From Candidatus Latescibacterota bacterium (GTDB lineage: Bacteria; Krumholzibacteriota; Krumholzibacteriia; WVZY01): a DNA stretch of 64,000 nt. The translations under genes were made by a program, and so were the position numbers. This document shows positions 20,017 through 29,876 of this stretch, in pieces. Below the pieces are notes generated by a model. The model did not search any database, had not been told where the DNA came from, and was given only the letters and a program-made list of their open reading frames with translations. The stretch covers positions 128,001 to 192,000 of the forward strand of contig CAWBQK010000006.1 in assembly GCA_963791045.1 (NCBI GenBank), read 5' to 3'. Numbering within the stretch: position 1 is the first letter of the stretch; each line of letters starts with the position of its first letter.

Positions 20017-20949
20017 AGTAATCCTCGTATCGCAGTTTTTATCGAGAACGGCCGGCCCCAGCGCCGACCGCACGTACGATATGGTTTCAGTTACCGCCAA
20101 CGATCCGCCAATGCACGACCAGCTATCCTTGTGAACGACAAGCCTGCCCTTTAAAAGATAACGCCCGCCGACGATACTTGCTTCCTCGCCGTTTGGCAGC
20201 ACCGTCTTTATATTGCCGATCGGCGATTCCGTTTCGAGAAAGAGAACCAACGCGGTCGGGTCGCCAGCGCTCTCTTCGAGCCGGCAGGTCATTAGATAAT
20301 GCGGGGCAAAACCCAGCCCGGCAAAACTCGGGCACAACGCTTCCTCTTGCCAGTGGGCGCCCGTGCGGCGGTGTTCCGCGGGGATTCGAACGATCATCGA
20401 ACGCAGAATCTTGGGAAGATCGAGCCTGCTATAGAGGCCGCCGGCACATTCTGATTTCATGTGAATGATGTCCGTCGGCGTCGTGCCGTCGCCGAGGGTT
20501 ATCCGGACGGCCGGTCCCGCAAAAAGACACTCGAGCATCGCGGTGTCCTCGCCGCGGTCGCCGCCCTGGACCGCCCCGTGTTTTTGCTCCGAGACGGCAA
20601 ACAGGGTATCCCGCGACATAAATATCCGGATACGGAACGGGTATTCCTCGCGAAGCCTCAACGAATCGTTGAAAGTCCGGATCTCCACCGGGCCGCCGGT
20701 GTTGTGAATCGAAATTCGACCGAAGTGTGTAAGGGCCGATTTGAACTTCATCGTGAAGACCGAATCGGTCGGGGCGTCGAGGACGGTTTCGTTTCTCAGT
20801 TCCTCGACGGTCAATACCGTGTGTCCCAGTGGGTTGGAGTCGGACGATGACGAATGCGGAGGCGGTCCGCCGCAAGCCGCGATTCCCACACAAAGACATG
20901 CGGCGAATACTATGGCGGAGAGTGATATGATTTTTGACGTTTTGTGCAT
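19993..20949 (-). CDS. Hypothetical lipoprotein
   Basis: MHKTSK... signal peptide with IAAC lipobox; starts 11 nt after the NhaC-family stop. Confidence 0.65.
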   Translation of the reverse strand: MHKTSKIISLSAIVFAACLCVGIAACGGPPPHSSSSDSNPLGHTVLTVEELRNETVLDAPTDSVFTMKFKSALTHFGRISIHNTGGPVEIRTFNDSLRLREEYPFRIRIFMSRDTLFAVSEQKHGAVQGGDRGEDTAMLECLFAGPAVRITLGDGTTPTDIIHMKSECAGGLYSRLDLPKILRSMIVRIPAEHRRTGAHWQEEALCPSFAGLGFAPHYLMTCRLEESAGDPTALVLFLETESPIGNIKTVLPNGEEASIVGGRYLLKGRLVVHKDSWSCIGGSLAVTETISYVRSALGPAVLDKNCDTRITLTVRWGS

Positions 20950-20960
20950 GGTTCGCGCGG

Positions 20961-22901
20961 TCACAGCACATCCGCATCCCGGTAGCTTTTCTCTGTTTTG
21001 CCAAGCCACCAGATGACGCCTGCTATCAAAATTGCGGACACGAGATACGATATTATTGGCGGGCAGTTGAATCCCGCCGGCAGGTAGCCTAAAAAGATGG
21101 CGAAGAAACCAACGACCATTGCGTAGGGAAGCTGGGTCCGGACGTGGTCTATATGGTCGGATGCGCTGGCCATCGATGACATGATAGTCGTATCCGATAT
21201 GGGCGAACAATGATCGCCGAAGACGCTTCCGGCAAGGATCGCGGCGATACTCGACAATAGAATCGCCTCGTGGGCTCCCGGCGTGACGGCGTGAAGTTCC
21301 GAAATACGGACGACGAGCGGGATGCTGATCGGCGTCAGGATCGTCATCGTTCCCCATGAAGTTCCCGTCGAAAAACTGATTCCCGCCGCAATAAGAAAAA
21401 TGATAGTGGGGAGCAGTTCCGGCGTGATAAATCCGGAGACCTTTGTGACCAGGTATTCAGGTGTTTGGAGATCCGTGCAGACGGCGCCGATGCACCATGC
21501 GAGAACGAGGATTACTATCGCGAACACCATCGAGCGAATCCCGGCGACCCATGCGCTGATCGCCTGGGTCAGCGTGGCGAGGCGTTGAACAACGCCGAGC
21601 ACAATGGCCGTCACGCACCCCGCGAGAGAACTCCACAATAGCGCAACGAACGAGTTGCTTTCACGAATGGCGTCCATCGCCGAGAATTCCGTCACCCCTG
21701 CCTCGTGAAGCGCGATCCGGCCCGTGACCACCAGCCCGACGAACGTTCCCAGGACGACGATGGCAACCGGGATCGCCGCGTTGTACCAACGCGGCGACTT
21801 CGAGGCGTTGAACTTGATTTCCGTATCGATGTTCGATAGCGGGATCGCTTTGTCCGACAGTACGCGGCCGGTGCGGCGGGCCCGGACTTCGGCTTTTAGC
21901 ATCGGCCCGAAGTCGCGTGTGGACGCGGCGACGAGAAGCCCAAAAAACAAAGTGAGGATTGGATAGAAACTGTACTGAATCGAGGCCACAAATGTCGTGA
22001 ACGGGTTGCGATCGATGCCCAGAGAGATGAAAGCGTCTTTTATAAGGCTGATCTCAAACCCGATCCAACTGGTGATAACGGCGATCACGGCAACGGGAGC
22101 CGCCGTTGAATCGACGATGTAGGAGAGTTTCTCTCGCGAAATCTTGAGCTTGTCCGTGATCGGCCGCATCGTGTTTCCGACGATCAGAGTGTTGGTGTAG
22201 TCGTCGAAAAAGATCGCGATCCCCATGAGCCAGGTCGCCAGCTGCCCGCGTCTCGGTGTGGTCGCTATTCGGGAGATTTGGTTCACCACGCCTTGCGTCC
22301 CGCCGATGCTCGAAAATACGCCGACCATTCCACCCAACAGGAGAGTGAAGATAGCGATCGAGACATGGTCGTGCCCACTCGATCCGGCGAACGCGTTTAC
22401 GACGTAATGATCGACCACATAGAAGAAGCTCCTGACGATGTTGAAATCATTAACAAAGAGTGCCCCCAGCCAGATCCCCGCAAACAACGCTATGACGACC
22501 TGCCTGAAGATAAGCGCCATCAAAATGGCGAGGAGCGGAGGGAGTACAGTGAGAAACCCGGGAAGCGCGCGAATGTTCTCGGTGGTTGATTCGTCTCCAC
22601 AGGAGACGGTCAATTGGTGCCCGCCCCCCTGTGTGACGACGATGTCGGTCACGCTCTCCGGCGCCGTGCCCGCGTGTGAAAAAACAGTCTCATTGTCCTT
22701 TTTGATTTCAAGAAAATAGGATGATGGGTCGCCGGATGTTGCTTCGACCTGGATTTCGAAAGGAATCCCCGAAATCAGGACAACCGGCTTTTTGACCGAA
22801 ATCGACTGAGATGGGGCGGCGGGGGACAATATTGGTAATAAAAAAATTATCGCTGTGAACACGGCAAAAAGAGGGAACATCGTTGTGGTTTTGGAGCGCA
22901 T
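20961..22901 (-). CDS. Na+/H+ antiporter NhaC family protein with an N-terminal exported domain
   Basis: FFDDY, REKLSYIVDSTAAP, FSTGTSWGT, FGDHCSPISDTTI.SS, HVRTQLPYA. Confidence 0.92.
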   Translation of the reverse strand: MRSKTTTMFPLFAVFTAIIFLLPILSPAAPSQSISVKKPVVLISGIPFEIQVEATSGDPSSYFLEIKKDNETVFSHAGTAPESVTDIVVTQGGGHQLTVSCGDESTTENIRALPGFLTVLPPLLAILMALIFRQVVIALFAGIWLGALFVNDFNIVRSFFYVVDHYVVNAFAGSSGHDHVSIAIFTLLLGGMVGVFSSIGGTQGVVNQISRIATTPRRGQLATWLMGIAIFFDDYTNTLIVGNTMRPITDKLKISREKLSYIVDSTAAPVAVIAVITSWIGFEISLIKDAFISLGIDRNPFTTFVASIQYSFYPILTLFFGLLVAASTRDFGPMLKAEVRARRTGRVLSDKAIPLSNIDTEIKFNASKSPRWYNAAIPVAIVVLGTFVGLVVTGRIALHEAGVTEFSAMDAIRESNSFVALLWSSLAGCVTAIVLGVVQRLATLTQAISAWVAGIRSMVFAIVILVLAWCIGAVCTDLQTPEYLVTKVSGFITPELLPTIIFLIAAGISFSTGTSWGTMTILTPISIPLVVRISELHAVTPGAHEAILLSSIAAILAGSVFGDHCSPISDTTIMSSMASASDHIDHVRTQLPYAMVVGFFAIFLGYLPAGFNCPPIISYLVSAILIAGVIWWLGKTEKSYRDADVL

Positions 22902-23046
22902 CCTCTTCTCCATTGTAGTGGTTATGGAGTCTGTTTTTTTGACATCGCGTGTTGTAGCGAATGCGAAGAATACCAGAACGGAGAGACAACTGCAAGTTGC
23001 TTGAACGCGTAAAGACGTTCGTATCAAGCGATAGTGTGAGGCTACG

Positions 23047-23062
23047 TGGTACGCTGATTGCA
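23047..23062 (+). promoter_or_regulatory. Candidate sigma-54 promoter upstream of the H1-like gene
   Basis: TGGTAC-GCTGA-TTGCA (GG-N10-GC). Confidence 0.55.
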
Positions 23063-23385
23063 TTTGATTATGTGCAACATCAGGGAGTGCAAAGTGAATG
23101 ATTACGTTTCAATACCAACATCAGAGTGTTCAATTCCTTGTCAACATCGTTGGGTAATGAATCAATCGTGATGATTTGGCCGTTCAGATCCCCCAAACTT
23201 TTTTGAATATTTTTTTAGAAAGGTGAAAAAAATCTTGACACTTTTTTACTGAATAGCTTTTCATCACAAAATGAGACGTTGCAAAGGGCAACGTCGGGAG
23301 TTGTCAGTTGAGTGGTTTGACAGGTGGAGATAAAACGACGATGATCGTCGACTCTCCCTCACCCTCACTCAAGGAAGGATCAAAC

Positions 23386-23802
23386 ATGGCAGTGAAGAAG
23401 AAAAAGGCGAAGGCCAAAACCAAGGTGAAAGCCAAGGGTAAGGCCAAGCGCAAGACCAAGGCCAAGGCGAAGGCCAAGAAGAAAGCCAAGGCTAAGACCA
23501 AGGTCAAAGCCAAACGTAAGGTCAAAGCGAAAGCCAAGCGTAAGGTCAAAGCGAAAGCCAAACGCAAGGTCAAAGCAAAAGCCAAGCGCAAGGTCAAAGC
23601 GAAAGCCAAGCGTAAGACCAAGGCTAAAGCCAAGCGTAAGACCAAGGCTAAAGCCAAGCGTAAGACCAAGGCTAAAGCCAAGCGTAAGACCAAGGCTAAA
23701 GCCAAGCGCAAGACCAAGGCTAAAGTGAAGAGAAAAGCTAAAGCCAAGGCCAAACCGAAGCGCAAAGCCAAAGCCAAGAAAAAAGCCAAGACCCGCAAGT
23801 AG
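23386..23802 (+). CDS. Histone H1-like Lys/Ala/Arg-rich DNA-binding protein (138 aa)
   Basis: MAVKKKKAKAK...; no acidic residues; AAGGAAGG RBS; own terminator. Confidence 0.85.
   Translation: MAVKKKKAKAKTKVKAKGKAKRKTKAKAKAKKKAKAKTKVKAKRKVKAKAKRKVKAKAKRKVKAKAKRKVKAKAKRKTKAKAKRKTKAKAKRKTKAKAKRKTKAKAKRKTKAKVKRKAKAKAKPKRKAKAKKKAKTRK
23507..23723 (+). repeat. Coding tandem repeat of 24-nt units (AKRK[V/T]KAK)
   Basis: About 9 units, including identical copies of gccaagcgtaagaccaaggctaaa. Confidence 0.85.
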
Positions 23803-23838
23803 CGGTGTCGTCAGGCCAGCTGGTCAACTAGGCTAGGC

Positions 23839-23886
23839 AAAAAAAAGATGAGGAAGAGGGAGGAGCACCTCTTCCTCTTCTTTTTT
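23839..23886 (+). terminator. Intrinsic terminator
   Basis: gaggaagagg...cctcttcctc followed by ttctttttt. Confidence 0.85.
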
Positions 23887-24078
23887 GCCCCCGATTTGAG
23901 CCCCTCGATATTCCCCGTTACTGCCAGTCGCCATTGGGTTTGCCGGGTTTCGCGCTTGACTTGAACCGCGGAATTAGCCTATAAGTTAGCGAGATTTTTT
24001 GTTGAGTTTTTTTAGCGCGCCGAGCCCGTGGAGTCAGGTGACGCGCATCAGACTATCCTTAAAGGGGAGGTGATCGCG

Positions 24079-24624
24079 ATGCCATACGTCCCAGCTGAAC
24101 TTTGTCTCACCAAAGGCAGGGGCACGCACCGTGAAAGACTCACGAGCTTTGAGCTCGCGCTTCGTGACGCGGGGATCGCGTCATTCAACCTGGTGTCCGT
24201 CTCGAGTATCGTTCCGCCCAACTGCAAACTTCTACCCGCAAAGCGGGGGCTTGCCAGTCTCACCCCCGGCGAGATCGTCCACTGCGTACTTGCGAAAAGC
24301 CAGACGAACGAAGCCAATCGTCTGATCGCGTCATCAATCGGCGTGGCTATCCCTAAAGACCGAAGCAGATACGGGTATTTGTCTGAGCATCACATTTTTG
24401 GCCAGAATCATCGCCAGGCGAGCGATTATGCCGAGGATCTTGCCGCGTCGATGTTGGCATCCACGCTGGGTATCGAAATCGATCTCGATCAGGCGTGGGA
24501 CGAGCGCAGGGAACAGTGGAAAATCGCAGGGCACATTGTCAAGACGACGAACATCACGCAGACGGCTACGGGGATGAATGGTCTGTGGACGTCGGTCGTG
24601 TCCGCAGCGGTTTTTTGCGGCTAG
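24079..24624 (+). CDS. pdaD: Pyruvoyl-dependent arginine decarboxylase
   Basis: SFELALRDAGI..FNLVSVSSIVPP self-cleavage site, GYLSEHH, AEDLAA.MLA.TLG. Confidence 0.92.
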   Translation: MPYVPAELCLTKGRGTHRERLTSFELALRDAGIASFNLVSVSSIVPPNCKLLPAKRGLASLTPGEIVHCVLAKSQTNEANRLIASSIGVAIPKDRSRYGYLSEHHIFGQNHRQASDYAEDLAASMLASTLGIEIDLDQAWDERREQWKIAGHIVKTTNITQTATGMNGLWTSVVSAAVFCG

Positions 24625-24650
24625 CGCATTGCCACCGGAAGGAAGATATC

Positions 24651-25538
24651 GTGAGTGAAGATCGCCCCGGTTTTCTCGAAGACAAGCTCGACGGGTTTTA
24701 TCTGTCGCGCGGTGAGAATCAATACGTGGTGTCCCTCGTTCCATACGAGGAAACGACGACTTACAAGACGGGGACCCGTTTCGGTCCGAAGGCCATTGTC
24801 GATGCGTCGGGTCATATGGAGAGCCTCGACGAAACGCTCAGGGTCGATGCCTCCCGGTTTGGAATCCTCACGCTTGAACCCGAAATCACCGATCTGGGTT
24901 CGATAACCCGCCATACAGCCGATGCGGTTAACGCCCACGAAGGCGCGTTCCATGGTTTTCTCGGCGGCGAGCACTCGGTTACGCCGGCCATCCTGGAGGG
25001 GCTCCAGAAACAAAACATGGGGATCGTATGGATCGACGCTCATGCCGATCTTCGCCGGGAGTACCGCGGTCGTGAGGACAATCATGCCTGCGCGGGGTTC
25101 AACAGCCTCGGGTTCGGCCCAATCGTTCAGTGCGGTATTCGGAGTCTTTGCGCGGAAGAGGCCGAATATCTGAACACATCGGACAGGGTGAAATCCTTCA
25201 GGTACTGGAACGACCAGGTCAAGGATGCCATCCGCGGACTTCCCAGGGATGTCTATCTGACCATCGATATGGATGGATTCTCGCCGACGCTTGTGCGCGG
25301 GGTCGGCACGCCCGAACCCGGCGGATTGTCGTGGGAGATGATGATGGAAATTCTTGATTTCCTCTTCGAGGAAAAAGAGGTGTTCGCGTACGACGTCGTC
25401 GAACTCTTGCCGCACGAGGACGATGCCGTGTCAAGCTACACGGCGGCCCGTCTCGTCTACAAGATCATGAACTATCACACTTATTACAAACTCAAGGGCA
25501 GAGTTCCGCCCCACGCGGACGGGACGTCCGAGGAGTAA
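24651..25538 (+). CDS. speB: Agmatinase (ureohydrolase family)
   Basis: GTRFGP, GGEHS, DAHAD, DMDG, GTPEPGG, DVVE. Confidence 0.92.
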   Translation: MSEDRPGFLEDKLDGFYLSRGENQYVVSLVPYEETTTYKTGTRFGPKAIVDASGHMESLDETLRVDASRFGILTLEPEITDLGSITRHTADAVNAHEGAFHGFLGGEHSVTPAILEGLQKQNMGIVWIDAHADLRREYRGREDNHACAGFNSLGFGPIVQCGIRSLCAEEAEYLNTSDRVKSFRYWNDQVKDAIRGLPRDVYLTIDMDGFSPTLVRGVGTPEPGGLSWEMMMEILDFLFEEKEVFAYDVVELLPHEDDAVSSYTAARLVYKIMNYHTYYKLKGRVPPHADGTSEE

Positions 25539-25552
25539 ACCCCGTTTCACCG

Positions 25553-25897
25553 TCAATTCTTGTTTCGATACATCAGGTATATTCCGATGACGATGACGAT
25601 AATCGGAAACAGCGGAATATTGAGCCATCCCATCGATAAAGCCAGCCAAAGAATGCCGACAATCAAAATGATGGTTCCACCCCTGAATGTCTTGAAAAGA
25701 TTCGTGACCCGGCCCTTTGTGTCTTCCGGGTTGTCTTTAATACGCTCGAAAGTACTCTCAAGCTGTTTGACTCCATCGGACATCGTTTTGGAGAACTTGT
25801 CCGCCACTTCATCGAGCTTGTCCTCGAATCCCTTTTTTGCTCCCGCCTCCTGCTCAGGTCCTTTTGTTTCCTGATCTTCGGGTCCTTTTGTCTCCAT
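25553..25897 (-). CDS. Small membrane protein, charged N-terminus and two C-terminal TM helices
   Basis: LiaF-like G.ILIVG..WL...P.I.I.IGI pattern; AAGGA RBS. Confidence 0.7.
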   Translation of the reverse strand: METKGPEDQETKGPEQEAGAKKGFEDKLDEVADKFSKTMSDGVKQLESTFERIKDNPEDTKGRVTNLFKTFRGGTIILIVGILWLALSMGWLNIPLFPIIVIVIGIYLMYRNKN

Positions 25898-25936
25898 GGG
25901 GGTTCCTTTCCAAGAAGCGGGCTGCCCGTGGTTACG

Positions 25937-27193
25937 TTAGTTGGTGACCTTGGGTACCCGCCGACTGAATACGATCAGCCAGACTATACTCAACACGAGA
26001 AGAAGCGCAACTCCCGCCAGAAATACATAAACAGTTTCCAGCGTGTGGCGCGTTTTAACATATCCAATCATATAGACTACGGTGGAGCCAATTCCAAAGT
26101 TCAGAATAAATTTGACCGCGAACCCGGTACTGCGCCATCGGGTTGGGGTAAATGCCGCAATCAAACTGTTCTCGATCGGCTGCATTCCGAGGCTGAACAG
26201 AATGTATAGTGCGGCGCAAATTGCTAGGAGGTAATCGGTTGTGAACGCCATCGCCAGAAGGAATGGGACGCCGAGTCCGTGAAACGCGAGGTAGGCGTAT
26301 CGAAGGTCGTACCTGTCGGCGACCCGCCCTCCGAGAATCTGGCCGAACATGCCCACGACAAGAACCAGTGACGTCAACAGTGTGGCGGCCAGCGTGCTCG
26401 TTCCCTGGGTTTTGACAAAAGCGAACGAGCCGATAAGTTCCTTGAAGAAATCCGCTTTCAACTCGAGATACGCGGGAAGCAGCACCATGTTTCCGCGGTA
26501 GGCGATTCCGGCGAACACCAGCGCAACGCACAGCACAACATAGTACTTGAGGTACTGGTTGTTGTTGTCCCCCTTGCGGCGCTCGTATGCCGTGACCGTC
26601 TCATCGATGCGGATTGTTCCGATGGCGAGCGTGAGTGCGATGGCAGAGAGCCCGAGAATTACGAATGCCGATTGCCAGCTGAACGCCCATGTAAGGATCC
26701 CGGTGAGAAGAGGGGCGGACGCGATCCCCAGGTTGCCCCATACGCCGTTGATCCCAAGCGCGTAACCACGTCTGCGGATCGTTCGCGATATGAGGGCGAG
26801 TCCGGCGGGGTGATAGATGCTCGCGCCAATTCCGACGAGCGTCAGACCCGCGGGAATCATGGTCGGCGATGCGAACAGTCCCGCCAACGTCAACCCCGTG
26901 CCCATCAGAACGACGCCGATGATGAGCATCTTTTTAGCCTGCCAACGGTCGACAATATACCCCGCGGGCAACGCCCCCAACCCGTAGAGTAAGTACATGA
27001 AAAAGCTTAGCTTGATCACGTCTTCGATGGGCATGCCCAGAGAGTTGACAATGGGCATTGTCACGGCTGGAAAGACGAGCACGAACATGTGAGTGAGAAA
27101 GTGACACACACATGTGAGCACGAGGATCCTCTTCTCGGGACCCGACAGGTCGCCTTTGTCGATCGGTTCCTGTATTTCAATGTTTTCCGTCAT
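25937..27193 (-). CDS. MFS transporter
   Basis: About 12 TM helices; G..VDRW and GG.VADRY motifs; SIYHPAG. Confidence 0.9.
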   Translation of the reverse strand: MTENIEIQEPIDKGDLSGPEKRILVLTCVCHFLTHMFVLVFPAVTMPIVNSLGMPIEDVIKLSFFMYLLYGLGALPAGYIVDRWQAKKMLIIGVVLMGTGLTLAGLFASPTMIPAGLTLVGIGASIYHPAGLALISRTIRRRGYALGINGVWGNLGIASAPLLTGILTWAFSWQSAFVILGLSAIALTLAIGTIRIDETVTAYERRKGDNNNQYLKYYVVLCVALVFAGIAYRGNMVLLPAYLELKADFFKELIGSFAFVKTQGTSTLAATLLTSLVLVVGMFGQILGGRVADRYDLRYAYLAFHGLGVPFLLAMAFTTDYLLAICAALYILFSLGMQPIENSLIAAFTPTRWRSTGFAVKFILNFGIGSTVVYMIGYVKTRHTLETVYVFLAGVALLLVLSIVWLIVFSRRVPKVTN

Positions 27194-27343
27194 CGGTCCT
27201 CTGTGCGGGTTGTCGTACGCGGGTTGTTGAACATGCGAGTTTATGCTACGCTGGCCGTCTCTGCCATACTTTTTGTATCCCCGTTTTGTCCGGATGTGGC
27301 GCAAGGCCACGGTGTGATGGGTTGTTGGTGAGGAGGTTCGGAC

Positions 27344-29023
27344 ATGCACACGACTGTGTTTTCAGGATCCATACTGGGTGTCGAGGGTTTGACCGTGGAG
27401 GTCGAGGTCGATCTTGCGCGTGGCTTGCCCTGTTTTTCGATCGTGGGGCTGCCAAACACGGCAGTTCGTGAAAGCCGCGAACGGGTCACGGCGGCGATAA
27501 AGAACACCGAACTCGAGTTTCCACTCGAACGGATTACCGTTAACCTCGCGCCCGCCGATATAAAAAAAGAGGGGGCGGCGTTCGATCTGGCGATTGCGCT
27601 TGGGATCGTTCTGTCCATGGCGAGGAGAGACGCTTCGCTTGACGGCCCTCCGCCCGGCTGGCGAAACACACTTTTTCTGGGCGAACTCACCCTCGGTGGA
27701 CATCTCCGATGGGTCCGGGGCGTGCTACCCATCCTCCTGCACGCGCGGGAAAACGGTTTTGAGCGTGCGGTAATTCCACATGACAACTTTGCCGAGTCGT
27801 TGTCCGTTGAGGGGATCGAGGTGTTTGCGTGCAAAACGTTCAGGCGTGTTCTCGATCTCGTCGCCGAAGAGGCGCCTTCCGAACTTCGAGAATCTATCGG
27901 GCGAAGAGATCGTCGTTGTGCTCATGCCGATTCGGGGTCCTCGTCTGCCGACGTGACGGAGGTTCTCCACAAACCGGCCGAAGATACGTCTATTAGGCAC
28001 AATCTTCTGCCCGGCAATGACGGCGCGTCCGACCGTTTTGGCGACATGGTTGACGTCCTCGGGCAGGAATCGGTCAAGCGCGCGCTGCTCGTTGCGGCTG
28101 CGGGAGGTCACCACGTTCTCATGGTGGGTCCGCCGGGCGCGGGCAAGACGATGCTTGCCCGGCGATTCTGTTCAATTCTTCCCGGTCTCGAAGATCACTC
28201 GGCCCTTGAGACGACGATGATATACAGTACGGCCGGGTTGTTGAAAGGCGCAGGACTCGTGACCCGATCGCCGTTTCGGGCGCCCCATCACAGCGCGAGT
28301 GACGCCGGGCTCATCGGCGGTGGTATGGTTCCGCGCCCGGGCGAAGTGACTCTTGCACACAACGGCGTGTTGTTTCTCGATGAGCTCCCCGAATTCAAAC
28401 GTCACGTCCTCGAGACTCTCCGGGAACCGATCGAGGAGGGACGTATCACGATATCGCGGGCAAAAGGTACCGTGACTTTTCCCGCACGCTTTCAGCTGAT
28501 TGCCTCGATGAATCCGTGTCCGTGTGGAAACGCCAACAACAACGGAGGCGGGTGCCGGTGCCCCCAGCCCCTGATTGACCGTTACGTGGGCAAGATATCG
28601 GGGCCGCTTCTCGACCGGATATCAATCCATGTTTTTGTCCGCCCCGTCGAACTGTCGTCATTCTCCGGGGCACGGGGGGATTCGAGCGCGGACATGCAAA
28701 AGGAAATTCTGTGCGCGCGGCGGGCCCAGAGCGAGCGCAACGGAAAGTCACGAAGGACAACGGGTAAGGGGTTGTTCTCCAAACCGCCGTTTGCATTGAA
28801 TGCCCGCCTCTCCGAGAAACAAATGAAATTATTTTGCGGACTCGACCGGGATGGCGAGGCGCTTCTTATCAAGGCTCACAAGCAACTTGGAATCAGCGCG
28901 AGAGGCAGAGGCCACATACTGAGGGTCGCGAGGACCATTGCTGATCTCGAGTCGCTCGAGAGGATCGAAGCGCCGCATTTGGCGGAAGCGATACAGTACC
29001 GGATTCGTGAACTCAGGGTGTGA
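27344..29023 (+). CDS. comM: YifB/ComM Mg-chelatase-like AAA+ ATPase
   Basis: VGLP..AV.ESRERV, GPPGAGKT, PFRAPHHSAS, GEVTLAH.GVLFLDE, MNPCPCG, SGPLLDR. Confidence 0.93.
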   Translation: MHTTVFSGSILGVEGLTVEVEVDLARGLPCFSIVGLPNTAVRESRERVTAAIKNTELEFPLERITVNLAPADIKKEGAAFDLAIALGIVLSMARRDASLDGPPPGWRNTLFLGELTLGGHLRWVRGVLPILLHARENGFERAVIPHDNFAESLSVEGIEVFACKTFRRVLDLVAEEAPSELRESIGRRDRRCAHADSGSSSADVTEVLHKPAEDTSIRHNLLPGNDGASDRFGDMVDVLGQESVKRALLVAAAGGHHVLMVGPPGAGKTMLARRFCSILPGLEDHSALETTMIYSTAGLLKGAGLVTRSPFRAPHHSASDAGLIGGGMVPRPGEVTLAHNGVLFLDELPEFKRHVLETLREPIEEGRITISRAKGTVTFPARFQLIASMNPCPCGNANNNGGGCRCPQPLIDRYVGKISGPLLDRISIHVFVRPVELSSFSGARGDSSADMQKEILCARRAQSERNGKSRRTTGKGLFSKPPFALNARLSEKQMKLFCGLDRDGEALLIKAHKQLGISARGRGHILRVARTIADLESLERIEAPHLAEAIQYRIRELRV

Positions 29024-29186
29024 AATCCTGTTCGACCTCGTGAATCGCGGGCCGACCGTGCGCGGTAAGGCAGCGTGCGAAAGCCGGACGAGACGGCTGA
29101 ATTCGTTTGGAATGAACAGGTTATTTCTGTATATTGGTCGGACTAATTGGCCGGAGTGGGTCGGTGGACCAATCAGGAGACAACGC

Positions 29187-29861
29187 GTGATCTCACGATT
29201 CAAAAATCAGAACGGCCGCAAGGTTGAGAAATACATGCGCGGGATGAGTAAAGCCGTGGGGTCCGATTTGCCATCGGTATCGACCATCGCCCGCAAGAAA
29301 CGCGATCCGTTCAGGATTTTGATTTCGACAGTTTTGAGTCTGAGGACGAAGGACGAGGTGACGATGGCTGCGTCAAAACGTCTTTTTGCAGTCGCCGTGA
29401 CGCCCGAGAGCCTGTCGCGGACGCCTGTTCGCGTGATCGAGAAAGCGATTTTTCCGGTCGGTTTTTACAAGACGAAAGCGCGGTCGATCAAGAACATCGC
29501 AAAACGATTGCTGAAGGAATACGACGGAACCGTCCCCGATACGATCGACGAACTCCTCACGTTCAAAGGCGTGGGACGGAAGACGGCGAATCTCGTGATA
29601 ACGCTTGGATATGGAAAGAAGGGGATTTGCGTCGACACACACGTTCATCGCGTGTCGAACCGTCTTGGGCTTATCGAAACGACGACGCCGGAGCAGACGG
29701 AATATGCCCTGATGGAAGTACTGCCCGATAAATACTGGATCGGTTACAACGAGCTGCTGGTGAGCTTTGGACAGAAGGTATGCAAGCCGATCTCCCCGCA
29801 CTGTTCGACATGCCCGCTCGAACGTTCCTGCCCCCAGATCAGCGTCGAAAAACACCGCTAG
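29187..29861 (+). CDS. nth: Endonuclease III
   Basis: HhH GVGRKTAN, VDTHV.R, C-terminal CX6CX2CX5C Fe-S motif. Confidence 0.93.
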   Translation: MISRFKNQNGRKVEKYMRGMSKAVGSDLPSVSTIARKKRDPFRILISTVLSLRTKDEVTMAASKRLFAVAVTPESLSRTPVRVIEKAIFPVGFYKTKARSIKNIAKRLLKEYDGTVPDTIDELLTFKGVGRKTANLVITLGYGKKGICVDTHVHRVSNRLGLIETTTPEQTEYALMEVLPDKYWIGYNELLVSFGQKVCKPISPHCSTCPLERSCPQISVEKHR

Positions 29862-29876
29862 ACCGCGCCGGACGAG

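Noticed and set aside
23507-23723. Possible CRISPR array
   Set aside because: Repeats are contiguous 24-nt coding units with no spacers; no cas genes in the window
23304-23798. 164-aa Leu/Ala-rich ORF antisense to the H1-like gene
   Set aside because: Shadow of the repetitive AAG/GCC codons; the RBS and terminator support the + strand gene
29027-29120. Cloverleaf-like fold between comM and nth
   Set aside because: Only short stems in GC-rich DNA, no T-loop or CCA; compatible with chance
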